Assembly (NCBI GenBank): GCA_010093605.1
Contig: MU004202.1
Span: 135,560-199,559, forward strand
Length of the DNA: 64,000 bases
DNA from: Lophium mytilinum
Taxonomy: Eukaryota
Direction of reading: 5' to 3'
Below, one piece after another: positions 62,446 through 64,000 of the stretch. The notes under the pieces are model-generated. The model saw only the letters and a program-made list of their open reading frames with translations. It was not told the DNA's origin and searched no databases. The translations under genes were made by a program, and so were the position numbers. Numbering within the stretch: position 1 is the stretch's first letter; every line of letters starts with the position of its first letter.

Positions 62446-63141
62446 TCAGGCAAACCAGCTGTCCGGCGGCATCGTTCCAAAAATGTCCTTATATATGACC
62501 TTGAGATTCTTCATCTCATTTAATCGGCAGCTAATTGCATGCGTAGTCCACAAGCCGATCTGCTCATTAAAATGGTGGATTCCGGGCCCTGTTGCAAGGT
62601 AAAGATTCACAGCGGGATAAGTCGCGAGTAGGAGGCTGATCGCCCTGTTCACTTCACGCCTGATGTCGCGCCCCAGCTCATACATATCCTGGAGAACTCC
62701 GTCGTTGCTAACGGCCGCCACAAAGTCGTCTTCCTCCAGGACACTTTGTCGAATCCCATTGACCCGTTTCATGAACGCGTGGATACTTTGGTTAAAATTA
62801 TCGAATTCTTCACCACCGAAAGCAGTCGCATCATGCTCGATATTTTCAAGCAAGTCGTCATGATTGGGTCCGCCCGGAATCCCAATGAATTTGGCTCGAT
62901 GCTCACCCTCGGGGACTTCAATGTACCGAAATGTGCTCGTCAGTTTGACCAACCCTTCCCAGAATGGTGCTGCTGGGAATGGCAAACGTACAATATCGGC
63001 CATGTCGCCTAGGCCCCAAGAGCTGTCGCCGAACTCGAAAAGATCCGCGGGTGTTTGTAAATTCCGACTGGCGAGTTGTAAAGAGGCATTCAGAGTCCTC
63101 AAGGCCTGAAAACGTCTTTCGTTCAGGCTAAGTCCAGGCAT
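62446..63141 (-). CDS. Hypothetical protein (~231 aa, likely helical)
   Basis: Long open frame from ATG 63141 with protein-like composition; no recognised motif; the start could lie in an upstream exon. Confidence 0.55.
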   Translation of the reverse strand: MPGLSLNERRFQALRTLNASLQLASRNLQTPADLFEFGDSSWGLGDMADIVRLPFPAAPFWEGLVKLTSTFRYIEVPEGEHRAKFIGIPGGPNHDDLLENIEHDATAFGGEEFDNFNQSIHAFMKRVNGIRQSVLEEDDFVAAVSNDGVLQDMYELGRDIRREVNRAISLLLATYPAVNLYLATGPGIHHFNEQIGLWTTHAISCRLNEMKNLKVIYKDIFGTMPPDSWFA

Positions 63142-64000
63142 TTCGAAAGTAGGAAATTGCAAGTCTTGTGTATTATTAGTATTTACTTGGCTCTCGGCGT
63201 ATGCGAGTCGATAAATCACTGTTGTATGAACGAAGTATGAAGTTTCGGTCCAGATTTGATGAGAGTGTGATGAAGGCCAAGTTTATGACGATCCGAAACC
63301 TTTCGCTATCATAGAAAGTCAGAAGTTGAAAGAGGCCTTTATCTAGATGCACATGAATGAAAAAGTGGTAAAATTAGAACACAAAGACATTGTGAACTCC
63401 TTTGTGGAGGTTGCTTCCTGAAGCGGACGATCGATTCCGCGCGTATTTGCTACGGTGTTTCAAGTCCCCCTGTGCGCACAAGATTCGGTAAATTTCCAGT
63501 GCCCGCGGTGGGTGCAGACAGTCCAGACATGCGGGGACTCACGGTGGAGAATGTCCCAGGTTGATCTGATTGAAAAGCCCCATCGAATGTGTAATAGCTA
63601 GTTGAGTGCGTTAGTACGTGCTAGGAAAGAATGAGTCTAGCCAGCTATGTTATTCTAGGTGCTGGCATCTACGTTTCCCTCCTTGAGATCTTCAGATCTC
63701 CGGTGGATGTAGCTGATCGTATAGAAACCTATTCATTCTCCCAACAGTATCCGGCACACTTTTCTCAAGTGTCTTAGACCGATGCTTCACGGAAGCATGG
63801 ATACTGACGCGCGTCGCTATGAACTTATCCCACGCATATCGAACATAATAGTTTATTCGTGGCGCTGGAGGAAGGCGTGTGGCTGGGTAAATTGTTTCGA
63901 TCGATCTCTTTGAAAGGCTGCTTCCCTTGAATTCGATGTAGTGTTGGCCATTGAAAGAGACTGTTTTGTATCAAAGGACTTTAGAAGGCACTCGTTTGAG

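Noticed and set aside
1..64000. tRNA, rRNA or CRISPR arrays
   Set aside because: None recognised by eye; the repeats found lack the identical-repeat/unique-spacer pattern and the DNA is eukaryotic. tRNAscan/Infernal were not run.

Overview
Eukaryotic, intron-containing DNA from a filamentous ascomycete (Pezizomycotina, probably a Dothideomycete; inferred from GT-AG introns with CTRAC branch points, gene content and a RIP-type signature). The first ~51 kb is mostly conserved core genes: GCN2 kinase (runs off the left edge), a Cut12-domain protein, CWC2, a full-length ABCB/MDR transporter, a Swi5/Sae3-domain protein, a YTP1-like membrane protein, an F-box protein, a Cla4-type PAK kinase, alpha-actinin, a cation/H+ antiporter, a CRIB-domain protein and RAD16. 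A 4.25-kb AT-rich Mutator-like DNA transposon destroyed by RIP lies at 32054-36301, with an intact 44-bp perfect TIR and a 9-bp target-site duplication. From ~52 kb to the end is an accessory-looking block. It holds an atypical kinase-like gene paired head-to-head with a small orphan gene, a cluster of four intronless F-box/LRR-like paralogues (one with N-terminal tandem repeats, one doubly frameshifted, one apparently mosaic) and another orphan ORF. Non-coding oddities are three degenerate ~200-250 bp TATA-like-headed units at 17.37-18.82 kb, a 22-23 bp minisatellite at 46.7 kb and a ~7-kb gene-free stretch upstream of the CRIB gene. Exon boundaries were read by eye and no database searches were run.
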